Source: a bacterium
Lineage (GTDB): Bacteria; UBA8248; JACPRG01; G963555815
Length of the DNA: 64,000 bases
Direction of reading: 5' to 3'
NCBI GenBank assembly: GCA_965218795.1
Contig: OZ244653.1
Coordinates: 2,048,001 to 2,112,000 of the forward strand
Shown: one piece after another, positions 39,788 to 49,300 of the stretch
Layout of the letters: every line of letters begins with the position of its first letter
How positions within the stretch are numbered: position 1 is the stretch's first letter
Notes under the pieces: generated by a model
Database searches by the model: none
What the model was told of the DNA's origin: nothing
Seen by the model: only the letters and a program-made list of their open reading frames with translations
Position numbers and translations under genes: made by a program

Positions 39788-40659
39788 TTACCCTTCCACC
39801 GGCAGGGACACGTCCAGCCAGTCTTTGATAATATCTCTGGCACGGGGCTTCTCTCCCGCCAGCGGCCAGTGATCGACATCGGACAGCAGGATCAGGTCCG
39901 TCGGTTGGCCCGCGCGCTCGAACAGAAGCAGAGACTGCTCGGTCGGTATCACTGAATCGTTCGATGCGTGAAGAAGCATCAACGGCCTCGGGGCAATGTT
40001 CCCCACCACCTCTTCTGCGTTGAATTCCATCATGCTCCAGCGGTTTCCACGGGAAACTCGGGGATGGCGTCCGGAGGAAGATGTTTTCACAAATGTTCGG
40101 GAATGGGGACGATGTCCCAACTGGATACCCACATGGACACGCCGGTTTTTTCCCTGTGGCGCCTTCCCTCCTCCAGCATGTCGGTGAACTTCTTCCATGC
40201 CTCATCCGTCGGATGCTGTAGCCGAAACTTGCGCTCCCCGTTGCTCCACCCGCAGGAGGAGATAACCGCGGCAAACCGATTATCGATCCCGCCCGCATAT
40301 GCGGCCACGGCCGCGCCGAAACTGTGCCCGATGACACCGATGCGCTGCGGGTCCACGTCGCTTCGTGATGCCATGTAGACAAGCGCGTTGCGTGTGTCTT
40401 CCACTTCCTCCAGGCAAATCACGCGGCCCCGCTCGCCTTCGCTGTCCCCGCACCCCCGATAATCGAAGCGCAGCGCGATGTATCCCCACCCGGCAAACAT
40501 CTCGCACGTCTTTGAATACGTGTCTCCGTTCTTGCTGTTGCCGAACCCGTGCATCACCAGCATGGCCGGCCTTCTCTCACCGGTTTTCAAATCTTCGGGC
40601 GTATGGACAATGCCGGAGAGCTTCAGGCCGTCCGAATCAAAAGTGACGGGCGCTTGCAT
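39788..40659 (-). pseudogene. Alpha/beta hydrolase disrupted by a nonsense codon and frameshifts
   Basis: HGFG, FDYRGCGDSEG, GHSFGAA; TGA at 40089-40087, then HLPPDAI / EFPVETA / SMMEFNAEEVVGNIAPRPL..DSV..DH in shifting frames. Confidence 0.8.
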
Positions 40660-40757
40660 GGAAAACTCCACCTGGCAGGTCCGAAAACGATCCCAGACGA
40701 CTCCACTGCCCCCCGGATTTCCCAGCTTCCGGCGATACGTTGGGGCAGGCCGGCTCC

Positions 40758-42227
40758 TTACGGGAATCCCTTGCCAAAGCCCAAGTGGTGGGCCGCCCAG
40801 GCCCCTGCGACTCTCCCGGAAAAGATCGACGGTCCCAGCATGGTCCCCTCCAGTCCTGCGGCCCCATTGATGTGACCCCCGGCCATCCCGGCCACCTCTC
40901 CCGCCGCATACAGTCCCGGGATATCATCACCCCGACCGTCCAACACCCGGCAGGCGAGATCGGTCTTGACGCCTCCAAGATTCTTTCTGGCCAAGGGAAA
41001 AAACTGGATTGCGTAAAACGGCGAATGCTGGAACTTCTTCAATCCATTCAGATTCTTTCCGAAATCAGGGTCTTGGGTCAGCCCTTCATCCAGATAGCGA
41101 TGATAATCGGCGACGGTCTTTTGAAACACCGCCGGATTCACATTCATGGCCGTCGCCAGACCTTCAAACGAGGCTCCCTTTTTGATGTGTGGAGAGCTTT
41201 GGAGAACTCCTGCAATCTTATCGGTAAGGATACCGCCGCCGTCGCGATAACGAGGATCGGAAATCTCCATATCTCCGACCATCGATGAATCCAAGACGGC
41301 CCAAGCCGTTGGAGGCTCCTGTCTCAATAGGGCGGGGGTTCCGGTTGCTCCCCCCGGTCGGAGCTCATCATGGAACCTTCTGCCTTCACAGTTGACCCAG
41401 ATTGCGTTCTTGATTCCCCTGATCACCAGACCCCTGATGCCGCTTCGATCGTCGGGGTCGGGGGTTGCGTATGCATACATCCATATGTCTTCGAGATGCT
41501 GGACCGCCCCCCCGACCTCATCAATCAACCCGTGTCCGGAGCCGAGAGCGCCGGGGCCGCCGCCCACCAGGATTCGCGCGCCTTTCAGGTGGGGCGAGCA
41601 CCTGAGAACCATTTCATGGTTCGAGCAAAATCCGCCCGTGGCGACGATGACGGCTTTCACCCCGATCGCTTTCTTGCCCGTCTCTTGTTGAATATCCGCG
41701 CCCGTCATGCCGCCGGACTCATCGTGAGTCAGTTTCTGCACATTCGTTGAAAACGCCCAGTCCTCGACCCCCGCCCTGACAGCCTCCTGATAAATACATT
41801 CGAGAATCTCTCGTCCCTTTCCCCGCGGTCTGTGCCACCGGGGCACCGTATTGCCCTCTTCGGGTTTCACCTCGGACCATTTGACACCAAGCTTCTCCGT
41901 CCATTCGAATATATCCGGGCAGCTCCTTTCGATGTAATAACGGGCCCATTCCATATCCGCGGTTCCATTGGACCACCTGTCCCAGTCTTCCGAAGCCAGC
42001 TCGATGGAGTCCTGGATGCCCAATTCTCTCTGGAGCGGGGTATCCACCATGAGAACCCCGCCGCCGGAAATGATCGACGCCCCTCCCCAGGTGGGGGCCT
42101 GCTCGACGATTTTGACTTTGGCGCCCCGGGAAGCTGCTTCAATGGAAGCCGAAATACCGGCCGCGCCGGCGCCGATGATCAAAATGTCCATATCAGCGTT
42201 TCCGCAGGCCATTCTCTGTCCAACCAA
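40758..42227 (-). CDS. FAD-dependent oxidoreductase (FAD_binding_2; ketosteroid dehydrogenase/flavocytochrome c-like)
   Basis: IIGAGAAG, GGASIISGG, VATGGF, IWVNCEGRRF, RKNLGGVKTD, GLYAAGEVAG, LEGTMLG. Confidence 0.88.
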   Translation of the reverse strand: MVGQRMACGNADMDILIIGAGAAGISASIEAASRGAKVKIVEQAPTWGGASIISGGGVLMVDTPLQRELGIQDSIELASEDWDRWSNGTADMEWARYYIERSCPDIFEWTEKLGVKWSEVKPEEGNTVPRWHRPRGKGREILECIYQEAVRAGVEDWAFSTNVQKLTHDESGGMTGADIQQETGKKAIGVKAVIVATGGFCSNHEMVLRCSPHLKGARILVGGGPGALGSGHGLIDEVGGAVQHLEDIWMYAYATPDPDDRSGIRGLVIRGIKNAIWVNCEGRRFHDELRPGGATGTPALLRQEPPTAWAVLDSSMVGDMEISDPRYRDGGGILTDKIAGVLQSSPHIKKGASFEGLATAMNVNPAVFQKTVADYHRYLDEGLTQDPDFGKNLNGLKKFQHSPFYAIQFFPLARKNLGGVKTDLACRVLDGRGDDIPGLYAAGEVAGMAGGHINGAAGLEGTMLGPSIFSGRVAGAWAAHHLGFGKGFP

Positions 42228-42546
42228 GGGAGTCCACCTCTTTCTTCCCCAAACAGCAACTTCTCATCTTAGGGATCATCTGAAATTCATTGAGTATTCG
42301 GGGGATGTCACAATCAGTGAGAACAGTTGCGAATAGGTCAATCTTACAGTTTCCGGTGCAGGTGGCGGCTGAACGAGGGAAGCTTCTGACGCGGCCAGCC
42401 GCAGGAGGCGCGCCCTGGCGCCGTCGGCGGTGCGGCTGCTGGCGGCCCTGCCCCGGGATGCGGACGATCCGTTTCAGAAGGTTGTACCAACGAGTCAATC
42501 TCAACAACTAAAAACTGATTTGACGTGACCGAGGACGGCGCGGCTC

Positions 42547-42837
42547 CTATGCGTGGCTCAAAGCCCGCCGAGCGTGTTCGCGAAGCACGCGGTTGATCTC
42601 GGTCTGATATCCCCGGCCGTCCGGGGCGTTTGCTCTGAACCATGCCACCACATCGGCATCCAGCCTTAACGTGATCTGTTGCTTCACCGGCCGATACAAG
42701 AGGCCGCGCTTGGCACCGGACCAATCCAGAATCTCAGGCACATCGCTCGTATCGATCTCCTCGTCGGGAAGGGCCGCAAGCGCCTTGATTTCCGCCTTCT
42801 GTTCCTCGGTGAGTTCTTTAGGAGTCCCCTTCTTCAT
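42547..42837 (-). CDS. brnA: BrnA-family antitoxin
   Basis: IDTSDVPE, YRPVKQQITLRLDADVVAWFR..GYQTEINRVLR. Confidence 0.9.
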   Translation of the reverse strand: MKKGTPKELTEEQKAEIKALAALPDEEIDTSDVPEILDWSGAKRGLLYRPVKQQITLRLDADVVAWFRANAPDGRGYQTEINRVLREHARRALSHA

Positions 42838-43102
42838 AGGCTCTCCTTTCGTGCGCCGTGGCTTTCCGAGCGCTGATAATGCGACCCGCCTCGAGGCTGG
42901 TTCCGTGTTCCGGTTTGGGCCATGTGTGCGCCACGATCACGCCGCCGATCATGCCGATGGTATGCCATCGATCTTCGTCCGGATTCGGGTCCGGACGTTG
43001 CGCCATCAGCGGGTCGTCGAATACGAGCCTCGCTGTCTCGAAGCCGAGGCCATGCTTCTGCTTGTTGACGCGGTTCTTGTTGTCGTCCCATGTCCATCGC
43101 AA
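42818..43102 (-). CDS. brnT: BrnT-family ribonuclease toxin
   Basis: WDDNKNRVNKQKHGLGFETA..FDDP..EDRW..RIISARKAT.HER; TTG start after GGAG. Confidence 0.9.
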   Translation of the reverse strand: MRWTWDDNKNRVNKQKHGLGFETARLVFDDPLMAQRPDPNPDEDRWHTIGMIGGVIVAHTWPKPEHGTSLEAGRIISARKATAHERRAYEEGDS

Positions 43103-43302
43103 CGACTCGGCTCCATGTAACGCCAATAATATAGCTACGCTAACGCATTTCGTCAACCGGCTCCGCTTCGCTCCTGCCGATTGCCTCGACGATTTCCGGC
43201 TGGCGGCATCCGCCATCGGATAGCGAACCGGGTCCTTGCAAGAAGCGCCCACGGGCGCGTCCGCCTTCCACTCTTAGTCATAGCATGGGCAGCATGGTCC
43301 CC

Positions 43303-43360
43303 CATCGCCTTCCGCAATGATCCTCCCGACCCGCTCCGCCGTCTCGACGAGGTAGCCGTC
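43303..43360 (-). pseudogene. Possible C-terminal relic of a tyrosine integrase
   Basis: Minus strand reads DGYLVETAERVGRIIAE, resembling the tail after the YAH catalytic motif of phage integrases (recollection). Confidence 0.35.
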
Positions 43361-43487
43361 TGTGTAACGGATCAAAAACCGTTGAGAATGGCCTGAATCC
43401 GGGGAATTCCGGGGCAAAATGGCCCGGAAAAGGGACTGAAAGGGGCGTGCATGGACTCTATTCTGATGAGCACCGATTCGGCTTGTC

Positions 43488-43754
43488 TGGATTCCCGCCC
43501 TGCGATTGAAGCATTCGAGGGCAGGCTTCGCGGGAATGACGGGCTGGGGGCGAGTCCCCGAAGGCTCCCGTTGGAGGCCATGACTGGGTTCCCGCCCCCG
43601 GCCGGCAACAAGGCTACCCCCTCCGCCGCGTCAAGCCGAACAGCCGTCTCCCCCCCCACCGGCAAAATCCGCGGGCTGCGCCCCTGTCCTTGCCGACTCC
43701 CCCTCCAGGGGGGGAGGGATTGAAGGACCAGGGGCAGGCTTCCACGGGAATGAC
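43488..43754. repeat. Two REP-like palindromes with nested loop insertions
   Basis: TGGATTCCCGCC-[26 bp]-CTTCGCGGGAATGAC (43488-43540); TGGGTTCCCGCC-[about 140 bp]-CTTCCACGGGAATGAC (43585-43754). Confidence 0.7.
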
Positions 43755-43847
43755 AAGTGGAAAATCGCCCATGAAAAGCCCCTGCAAGGGGTGTGCATCG
43801 ACCGCGCTCGATGCCGGCGGCGGCCGAAGGCGCTCTGCCGCCAGCGG

Positions 43848-44870
43848 TTACATCGACTTCGCGGACGGCTTGATCCCGGGAAGAAACCCGTTCGTATACA
43901 TCTCGCCCGGCGTGACAGGATTCTTCAGCTTCACGTACTCATTGATGATGTCGATGGTCTTCTTCATCTTCGCGTCATCCACATACCCCAGGCCATGCTT
44001 CCTGGCGGTCGCTGTGACCAGGGCATCTTCGGAGATCCTCCATTCTCCCAACGCCGCGTTACGGTTGGAGATGGTCGGGTTCTTGGCGAGAAAGACGTCC
44101 ATCCCGCCCTCGGGGTCCTTCATCATCATGGCGATGCTCTGGGTGAGCGCCTTCATGTAGCGGCGGGTCCGGTCGGGCATCGAATCGGCGACCTTCTCCC
44201 GCGTGAACCAAGCGTGGGAATAGACGTCGAGCCCATAATCTCTGAACAGCATGGGCACCAACTCGTCCCCCTGTTCCTTGGCCTTGGCATTGAGGGTCGG
44301 GTAGATCACGTGAACCGTGAGAATGGCGTCCACCTTTCCGCTCAACAGGCTCGGATTCTTGACGGCCGGCTTCAGGATCAGGGTCTTCCAGTCCCCCGCC
44401 TTCAGACCATTGGTTTCGGCCACAGCCGGGAACAGTTTGGTGATGCTCGTCCCGCCGGCGTCCCAGCCGATGGTCTTGCCTTTCAGATCGGCGATCCTCC
44501 GGATCCCGGAGCTCTTCAGTGAATAGGCGACGAGGAGGCTTTTGTCCGCGAACATCCCAAGGATTTTGACCTTCGCCCCCGCAGCCCGGCCGAGGATGAG
44601 AGAGCCTGAATCGGCCAAGCCATAATCGCCCTCCCCCGCGGCGATGCGCTTCGTGGTGTTCGAAGAGCCGAACCCTCGCTGGATCTGGAGGTCGATGCCC
44701 GCCGCCTTGAACACCCCTTTCTCCACGCCGAGATAGAGCGGCGCGTGCTTTCCGTATGGGAGCCAATCCAGGAGTTGGAGCACCTTGTCGGCCGATTCCG
44801 CCGGACCCCGTAACGCCAGCAACCCAATGACCGAAAACGTCAAAGCCGCAAGTCTGATCAATCTGCTCAT
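43848..44870 (-). CDS. NMT1/THI5-like ABC substrate-binding protein (orphan)
   Basis: Signal peptide MSRLIRL; LDW..GKHAP, RGFGS, LKGKTIG; RBS GGAGGAGG. Confidence 0.85.
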   Translation of the reverse strand: MSRLIRLAALTFSVIGLLALRGPAESADKVLQLLDWLPYGKHAPLYLGVEKGVFKAAGIDLQIQRGFGSSNTTKRIAAGEGDYGLADSGSLILGRAAGAKVKILGMFADKSLLVAYSLKSSGIRRIADLKGKTIGWDAGGTSITKLFPAVAETNGLKAGDWKTLILKPAVKNPSLLSGKVDAILTVHVIYPTLNAKAKEQGDELVPMLFRDYGLDVYSHAWFTREKVADSMPDRTRRYMKALTQSIAMMMKDPEGGMDVFLAKNPTISNRNAALGEWRISEDALVTATARKHGLGYVDDAKMKKTIDIINEYVKLKNPVTPGEMYTNGFLPGIKPSAKSM

Positions 44871-45157
44871 GATCCCTCCTCCTGGGCAAAGGAAATCCGA
44901 GATACCCGGATCGTTCGAGGACGCCTCGGTTGACTCGTCGGAAACTCCATCTGTATGATTTATGCATCGCTTGTACCCCATAGGAAACATGATGTCAACA
45001 ATATACGCAAGCCTCCCGACAAGGTCGGAAATCCGGCGCCATCGGGATGATTTGTTGACCGAATCTGCAACGAGATGGAGCGCGGCGATTCCATTCGTCA
45101 CAGGATTCGCTTCCAGCCTTCATGTTCATGGATCACTCGCGAGTGAGGAAATCCATC

Positions 45158-46162
45158 ATGACCGACCCCAGCCTCCCCCCGCCCCCCATGGCCGATCTGG
45201 TCGGCCCAATCATGAAGAGCGCCACCCTCATCGCAGCCGGAAAAGTTGGGATCTTCCACGCCTTAGCGGACGGACCCCGCTCAATTTCGGAACTGTCGGA
45301 AGCCCTGGGAGCCAGTGAAAACGGCCTCGCTTGTCTGGCCGAGGCGCTGACCACCATCGGGTACCTGGAAAGACAAGACGGCCGATTCGCCAATGGGCCG
45401 ACCGCCCGGGCGTGGCTCACCCCTTCCAGCCCCATTGATTTCAACTCCCTCTTGATTTACCTGGAGCACGCTTGGCGGCTGTTGGCGGATCTGGGAGAAG
45501 TGGTCCGGAAAGGGGGCCCCGAGCGGTCTTTCGCTCAATATATGCTCGACCATCCTGACGCCGGCTCCGCCTACAATGAATACATGAAAGGGTGCGCCAA
45601 GCTAGATGAAGACTTCCTGCGGCGGACGCTCTCCTTACCCGAAGATGCCCGCCGCATGCTCGACCTGGGCGGTGCGCACGGATGGTACACTGCTGTTTTG
45701 TGCCGGGAACACCCGAACCTTTGCGCAGTTGTCTTCGACGTGGCCCCGGCTCTGGCCGAGGCGAAAAATACGGTTGCCGATCAAGGATTGGGCGAGCGGG
45801 TCGCGCTCCAGCCCGGAAACTATCTCGAGGATGACATCGGCGAAGGATTCGATGTGGTTCTATGCTTCCACCTGCTGCACTGGCACTTGGAAGACGACAA
45901 TCGCCATCTCCTTCGGAAAGCGGCAAAAGCCCTCCTGCCGGGCGGAAAGATGATCCTGATGGAAAAGCCCAAGGATGATCCCCCCGGGGTGTATGACGCG
46001 CTGTTCAGCGTGCTCATGCAGCTCTACGGCGGCTCGCGTCTGTATCGATATGAGGAGATCACGAGCTGGATGGCGGAGGTCGGACTCAAGGACATCGAGC
46101 GGGTCGATCTCCCGAACGGACAGATCGCAATGATCAGCGCCGTCAAACGAGCGGGGGGGTGA
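45158..46162 (+). CDS. SAM-dependent O-methyltransferase with dimerisation domain (Methyltransf_2)
   Basis: N-terminal wHTH GIFHALADGP; LDLGGAHG, VFDV, PGNYL, LHW. Confidence 0.87.
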   Translation: MTDPSLPPPPMADLVGPIMKSATLIAAGKVGIFHALADGPRSISELSEALGASENGLACLAEALTTIGYLERQDGRFANGPTARAWLTPSSPIDFNSLLIYLEHAWRLLADLGEVVRKGGPERSFAQYMLDHPDAGSAYNEYMKGCAKLDEDFLRRTLSLPEDARRMLDLGGAHGWYTAVLCREHPNLCAVVFDVAPALAEAKNTVADQGLGERVALQPGNYLEDDIGEGFDVVLCFHLLHWHLEDDNRHLLRKAAKALLPGGKMILMEKPKDDPPGVYDALFSVLMQLYGGSRLYRYEEITSWMAEVGLKDIERVDLPNGQIAMISAVKRAGG

Positions 46163-46488
46163 AGATGACCACCATGATGACCGGTTCATCGCCCGGGCTC
46201 TTCATACCGTGGGGGATACCGATGGGGGCGTGGCCGCAGTGTCCGGGACCGATTTCGACTGTCTGCTCTCCGAGAGTGGCCAGGGCCGTTCCCTGGATGA
46301 TATAGAACGTTTCCGAGCGGTCGTCGTGATGATGAAAGACAATCTCCCCGCGGGGGCGGATATTACTCACATGCAGGTTCAGGGCCGGATTGACGGCTTT
46401 CGTGATCACGGTCCGCGTCACGAAGTTGCTATGTTGGGGGGGGCGACAGATCTTCCTGGTCATCCAGATGAACAACGGTTCCTTCCAT
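46143..46488 (-). pseudogene. Cupin-domain protein with a 1-nt frameshift in a G8/C8 run
   Basis: AGGAG RBS and MEGTVVHLDDQEDLSP, run at 46436-46443, then PQHSNF..HHHDDRSETFYIIQG..PHG in another frame. Confidence 0.72.
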
Positions 46489-46531
46489 GCTGATTCTCCT
46501 CTGCCAGGCACCCGTTGATTCCTTACACCCG

Positions 46532-46564
46532 TTGACAGATCGTTTCTTATCCGGTACAAACGAT
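46532..46564 (+). promoter_or_regulatory. Promoter of the regulator/catabolic operon with overlapping inverted repeat
   Basis: TTGACA-N17-TACAAA; ATCGTTT-N12-AAACGAT (46539-46564). Confidence 0.5.
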
Positions 46565-46623
46565 TCTCCTTGAATACTAAGGACATATCAAGGACATGCC
46601 AAATGCGGGTATCGTGCGGGCCT

Positions 46624-47304
46624 ATGGAACCGGACAAGACTTCCCATATTGATCGGCAAATCGGGAGGATTGGCGAGCGGATCAGCCGCCTGCGCAAACA
46701 GGCGGGCCTGTCTCTTCGCGATCTGGCCGATCGGACCGGTGTCTCCTTCACGACCATTCAGAAAATCGAAACCAGTACAATCGTTCCTTCCATCGCGTCC
46801 GTCTTGAAAATTGCCCAAGGCCTGGGGAGGAATGTAAGCTACCTCTTGGACGAGGCGGAGAATCCGGGAGACATTCGTCTCGTTCGGCGTGCCGAGCGAA
46901 CCATAACGGACGTCTTCGCATCCAGGCTCCGCGTGGAAGACATCGGAATGGATTTGAGGGATGCACTCCTTCAGGCAACCGTACTGACCATCGAACCCGG
47001 CGGGATCAGCGGCACAGAACCGCTTCAACACCCGGGCGAAGAAATCAAACTTTGTTTGAAAGGAAGGATGGAATACCGGGTGGGGGCGGAGAACTTTCAA
47101 CTGGAGGAGGGAGACTGCCTGCATTTCAAATCCGATATCCCTCATTATTGGAAGAATCCGGGAAAAGAGAAGGCTGTGATCCTTTCGGTGTGCACGCCGC
47201 CTCCCTTCCCGACCGTGAGTAACCTGAGCACGAGTGCAGAGCGAGGCGGCAACCCGCGATCAGACCAGAACGGGATACGATGGGGGAAGGGCTCCATTGA
47301 CTGA
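46624..47304 (+). CDS. XRE-cupin (PuuR/SutR-like) transcriptional regulator
   Basis: IGERISRLRKQAGLSLRDLA..IETSTIVPS; cupin HPGEE..GDCLHFKSDIPHYWKN. Confidence 0.9.
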   Translation: MEPDKTSHIDRQIGRIGERISRLRKQAGLSLRDLADRTGVSFTTIQKIETSTIVPSIASVLKIAQGLGRNVSYLLDEAENPGDIRLVRRAERTITDVFASRLRVEDIGMDLRDALLQATVLTIEPGGISGTEPLQHPGEEIKLCLKGRMEYRVGAENFQLEEGDCLHFKSDIPHYWKNPGKEKAVILSVCTPPPFPTVSNLSTSAERGGNPRSDQNGIRWGKGSID

Positions 47305-48229
47305 AATCCGGAAGGTTGCTGTTCTCGGAACGGGAACCATGGGGAACGGCATCGCCTTGTGGTTCGCCAGGGCGGACCTCGAAGTACGGATGCGCGACCT
47401 GGACGCAAATCTTCTGGACCGCGCCCGGACAATGCAGGCCGATACGCTGAAAACCCTTGTCGCGGCCGGTACCGTTCCTCAGGAAGAAGAGGAAGCCATT
47501 CTCGGCCGCATCCACGGGACGACGGAGATGTCCGAGGCCCTGGAAGGGGCGGACTTTATCCTGGAGGCCGTCCCGGAAGTCCTCGACCTCAAGCAGAATG
47601 TCTTTGGCGAGATTGAAAAGCTGGCCCCGCCGGGCATTCCTCTGGCCTCCAACACTTCGGGAATCAGCATCTCCCGAATTGCCGAGGGGGTTCGGGACCC
47701 CTCCCGCGTAGTGGGCATGCACTGGTGGAACCCTCCCCACATGGTTCGGGTCATTGAGGTCGTTCGGGGTGAAAATTCTTCGGAGGCGGTGGTCCAGGCC
47801 ACCCGGGGCCTCGTCGCTCAGATCGGCAAACGGCCCGTCATGGTGAAAAAAGATTTGCCGGGTTTTCTGGGAAACCGCATCCTCTACGCCCTGCTCCGGG
47901 AAGCCGTGGATTGTTATGAGAAAGGGATTGCGGAGCCGGAGGACATCGACCTGATCGTGAGCGAAGCGTTCGCGCTGAAGCTGGCCTTCATGGGGCCGAT
48001 GGCCCTGTTGGATCTCGCAGGGATCGACATCTACCACGACGTATCAAAGTATCTTCATACGGATTTGTGCGACGCCAAGGAGGTCAGCCCCGCCATCGCT
48101 GAAAAAATCACAAAGAAAGAATTGGGGCTCAAAACGGGCAAGGGATTTTACGACTACAGCGACGTCGATATCCCCGAATTATTGAAAAAGCGCGGTCAGC
48201 AGATGGGGGGATTGCTCAAGATCATGTAG
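47297..48229 (+). CDS. 3-hydroxyacyl-CoA dehydrogenase family protein, resembling FHMPC dehydrogenase of vitamin B6 degradation
   Basis: GTGTMG, EAVPE, SNTSG, GMHWWNPPH, NRILYALLREAVD, GPMALLDLAGIDIY; TTG start overlaps the regulator stop. Confidence 0.82.
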   Translation: MTEIRKVAVLGTGTMGNGIALWFARADLEVRMRDLDANLLDRARTMQADTLKTLVAAGTVPQEEEEAILGRIHGTTEMSEALEGADFILEAVPEVLDLKQNVFGEIEKLAPPGIPLASNTSGISISRIAEGVRDPSRVVGMHWWNPPHMVRVIEVVRGENSSEAVVQATRGLVAQIGKRPVMVKKDLPGFLGNRILYALLREAVDCYEKGIAEPEDIDLIVSEAFALKLAFMGPMALLDLAGIDIYHDVSKYLHTDLCDAKEVSPAIAEKITKKELGLKTGKGFYDYSDVDIPELLKKRGQQMGGLLKIM

Positions 48230-48264
48230 CCCTTTTCTCAAGGGGCGAATCAGGGGACCGGCTC

Positions 48265-49143
48265 ATGGATGCAAATCCGAGAACACAAAACCCTTTCCGA
48301 TGGCCCGGAGATGCCCGGATTGCGATCAGCATTGTACTGAACGTGGAGGAATGGACGTCCGAAGGTCCATCGCCCCTCTACTTCCCCCTCCCGCCGGGCT
48401 CCAAGACAGCGCGGGATACCGCTACGGTCACCGACCACGATTACGGCTATCGCGCGGGGATTTGGAGATTGCTTGAAATCCTGGATCGGTATGAGGTGAA
48501 AACAACCGTCTGGACATCTGGTCTTGCAGCCGAACTCCATCCCACAGTGATCCGGCAGATGCACGACGCGGGCCATGAAATCGGGGGGCACGGGTATGAC
48601 AAATCATTCCCCTCGGTCCTGATGGACCGGGAGGAAGAGAAGGCCGATATCCAGAAAACCATCCGGGAGATTGAAAAGGCCACTCAAAAGGCGCCCATCG
48701 GGTGGATGTCTCCCAGCATGCGCTCAGGAGAGAACACCCTGCCGCTTCTCATTGACAACGGTTTCCTTTACCACAGCGATACGATTGGGCACGACCTGCC
48801 CTTCATGGACACCGTGGGGGATGACCGGTTGCTCGCGGTGCCGTATTCTTTGCTCAACAACGATTACCGGTTCTACAGTTACGGGGATCCTCCCTTGACC
48901 CCTGAGGAGGCCTTCGAATGGCTCAAAGGGGACTTCGACCAATTGTACGAGGAAGGAGAAACATTTCCCAAAATGATGAGCTACGGGATTCATCCATACG
49001 TGACCGGTCGGCCGGGCCGCGCGCGGAGCTTCGAGCGGTTCATCCGTTACGCGAAAGGATTCTCCGGCGTGTGGTTCGCCCGCAGGGATGAAATTGCGCG
49101 GTGGTGGCTGGAGAACAATCCGGACACCGGCCGGGAAGGATAG
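48265..49143 (+). CDS. CE4 polysaccharide-deacetylase-fold amidohydrolase (PuuE allantoinase-like)
   Basis: WPGDARIAISIVLNVEEW, DYGYRAGIWRLL, HEIGGHGY, GIHPYVTGRP. Confidence 0.85.
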   Translation: MDANPRTQNPFRWPGDARIAISIVLNVEEWTSEGPSPLYFPLPPGSKTARDTATVTDHDYGYRAGIWRLLEILDRYEVKTTVWTSGLAAELHPTVIRQMHDAGHEIGGHGYDKSFPSVLMDREEEKADIQKTIREIEKATQKAPIGWMSPSMRSGENTLPLLIDNGFLYHSDTIGHDLPFMDTVGDDRLLAVPYSLLNNDYRFYSYGDPPLTPEEAFEWLKGDFDQLYEEGETFPKMMSYGIHPYVTGRPGRARSFERFIRYAKGFSGVWFARRDEIARWWLENNPDTGREG

Positions 49144-49300
49144 AAAGCGGAAGACGCCCACTGGGCCTCGACGCGGGAAGTCGGGGTCGGGCAACGACTT
49201 CAAACGGAGGGCATTCGCCAAGTCGAACCCCTCCGGTGACTTCGTCCCAAATTCCAGCAAAAGAACAGTCACACAGATTTGAACATAGGGGAATGAAACG

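Noticed and set aside
42455-42500. IS transposase C-terminal relic (minus strand YNLLKRIVRI)
   Set aside because: Only about 10 residues of weak resemblance and no inverted repeats
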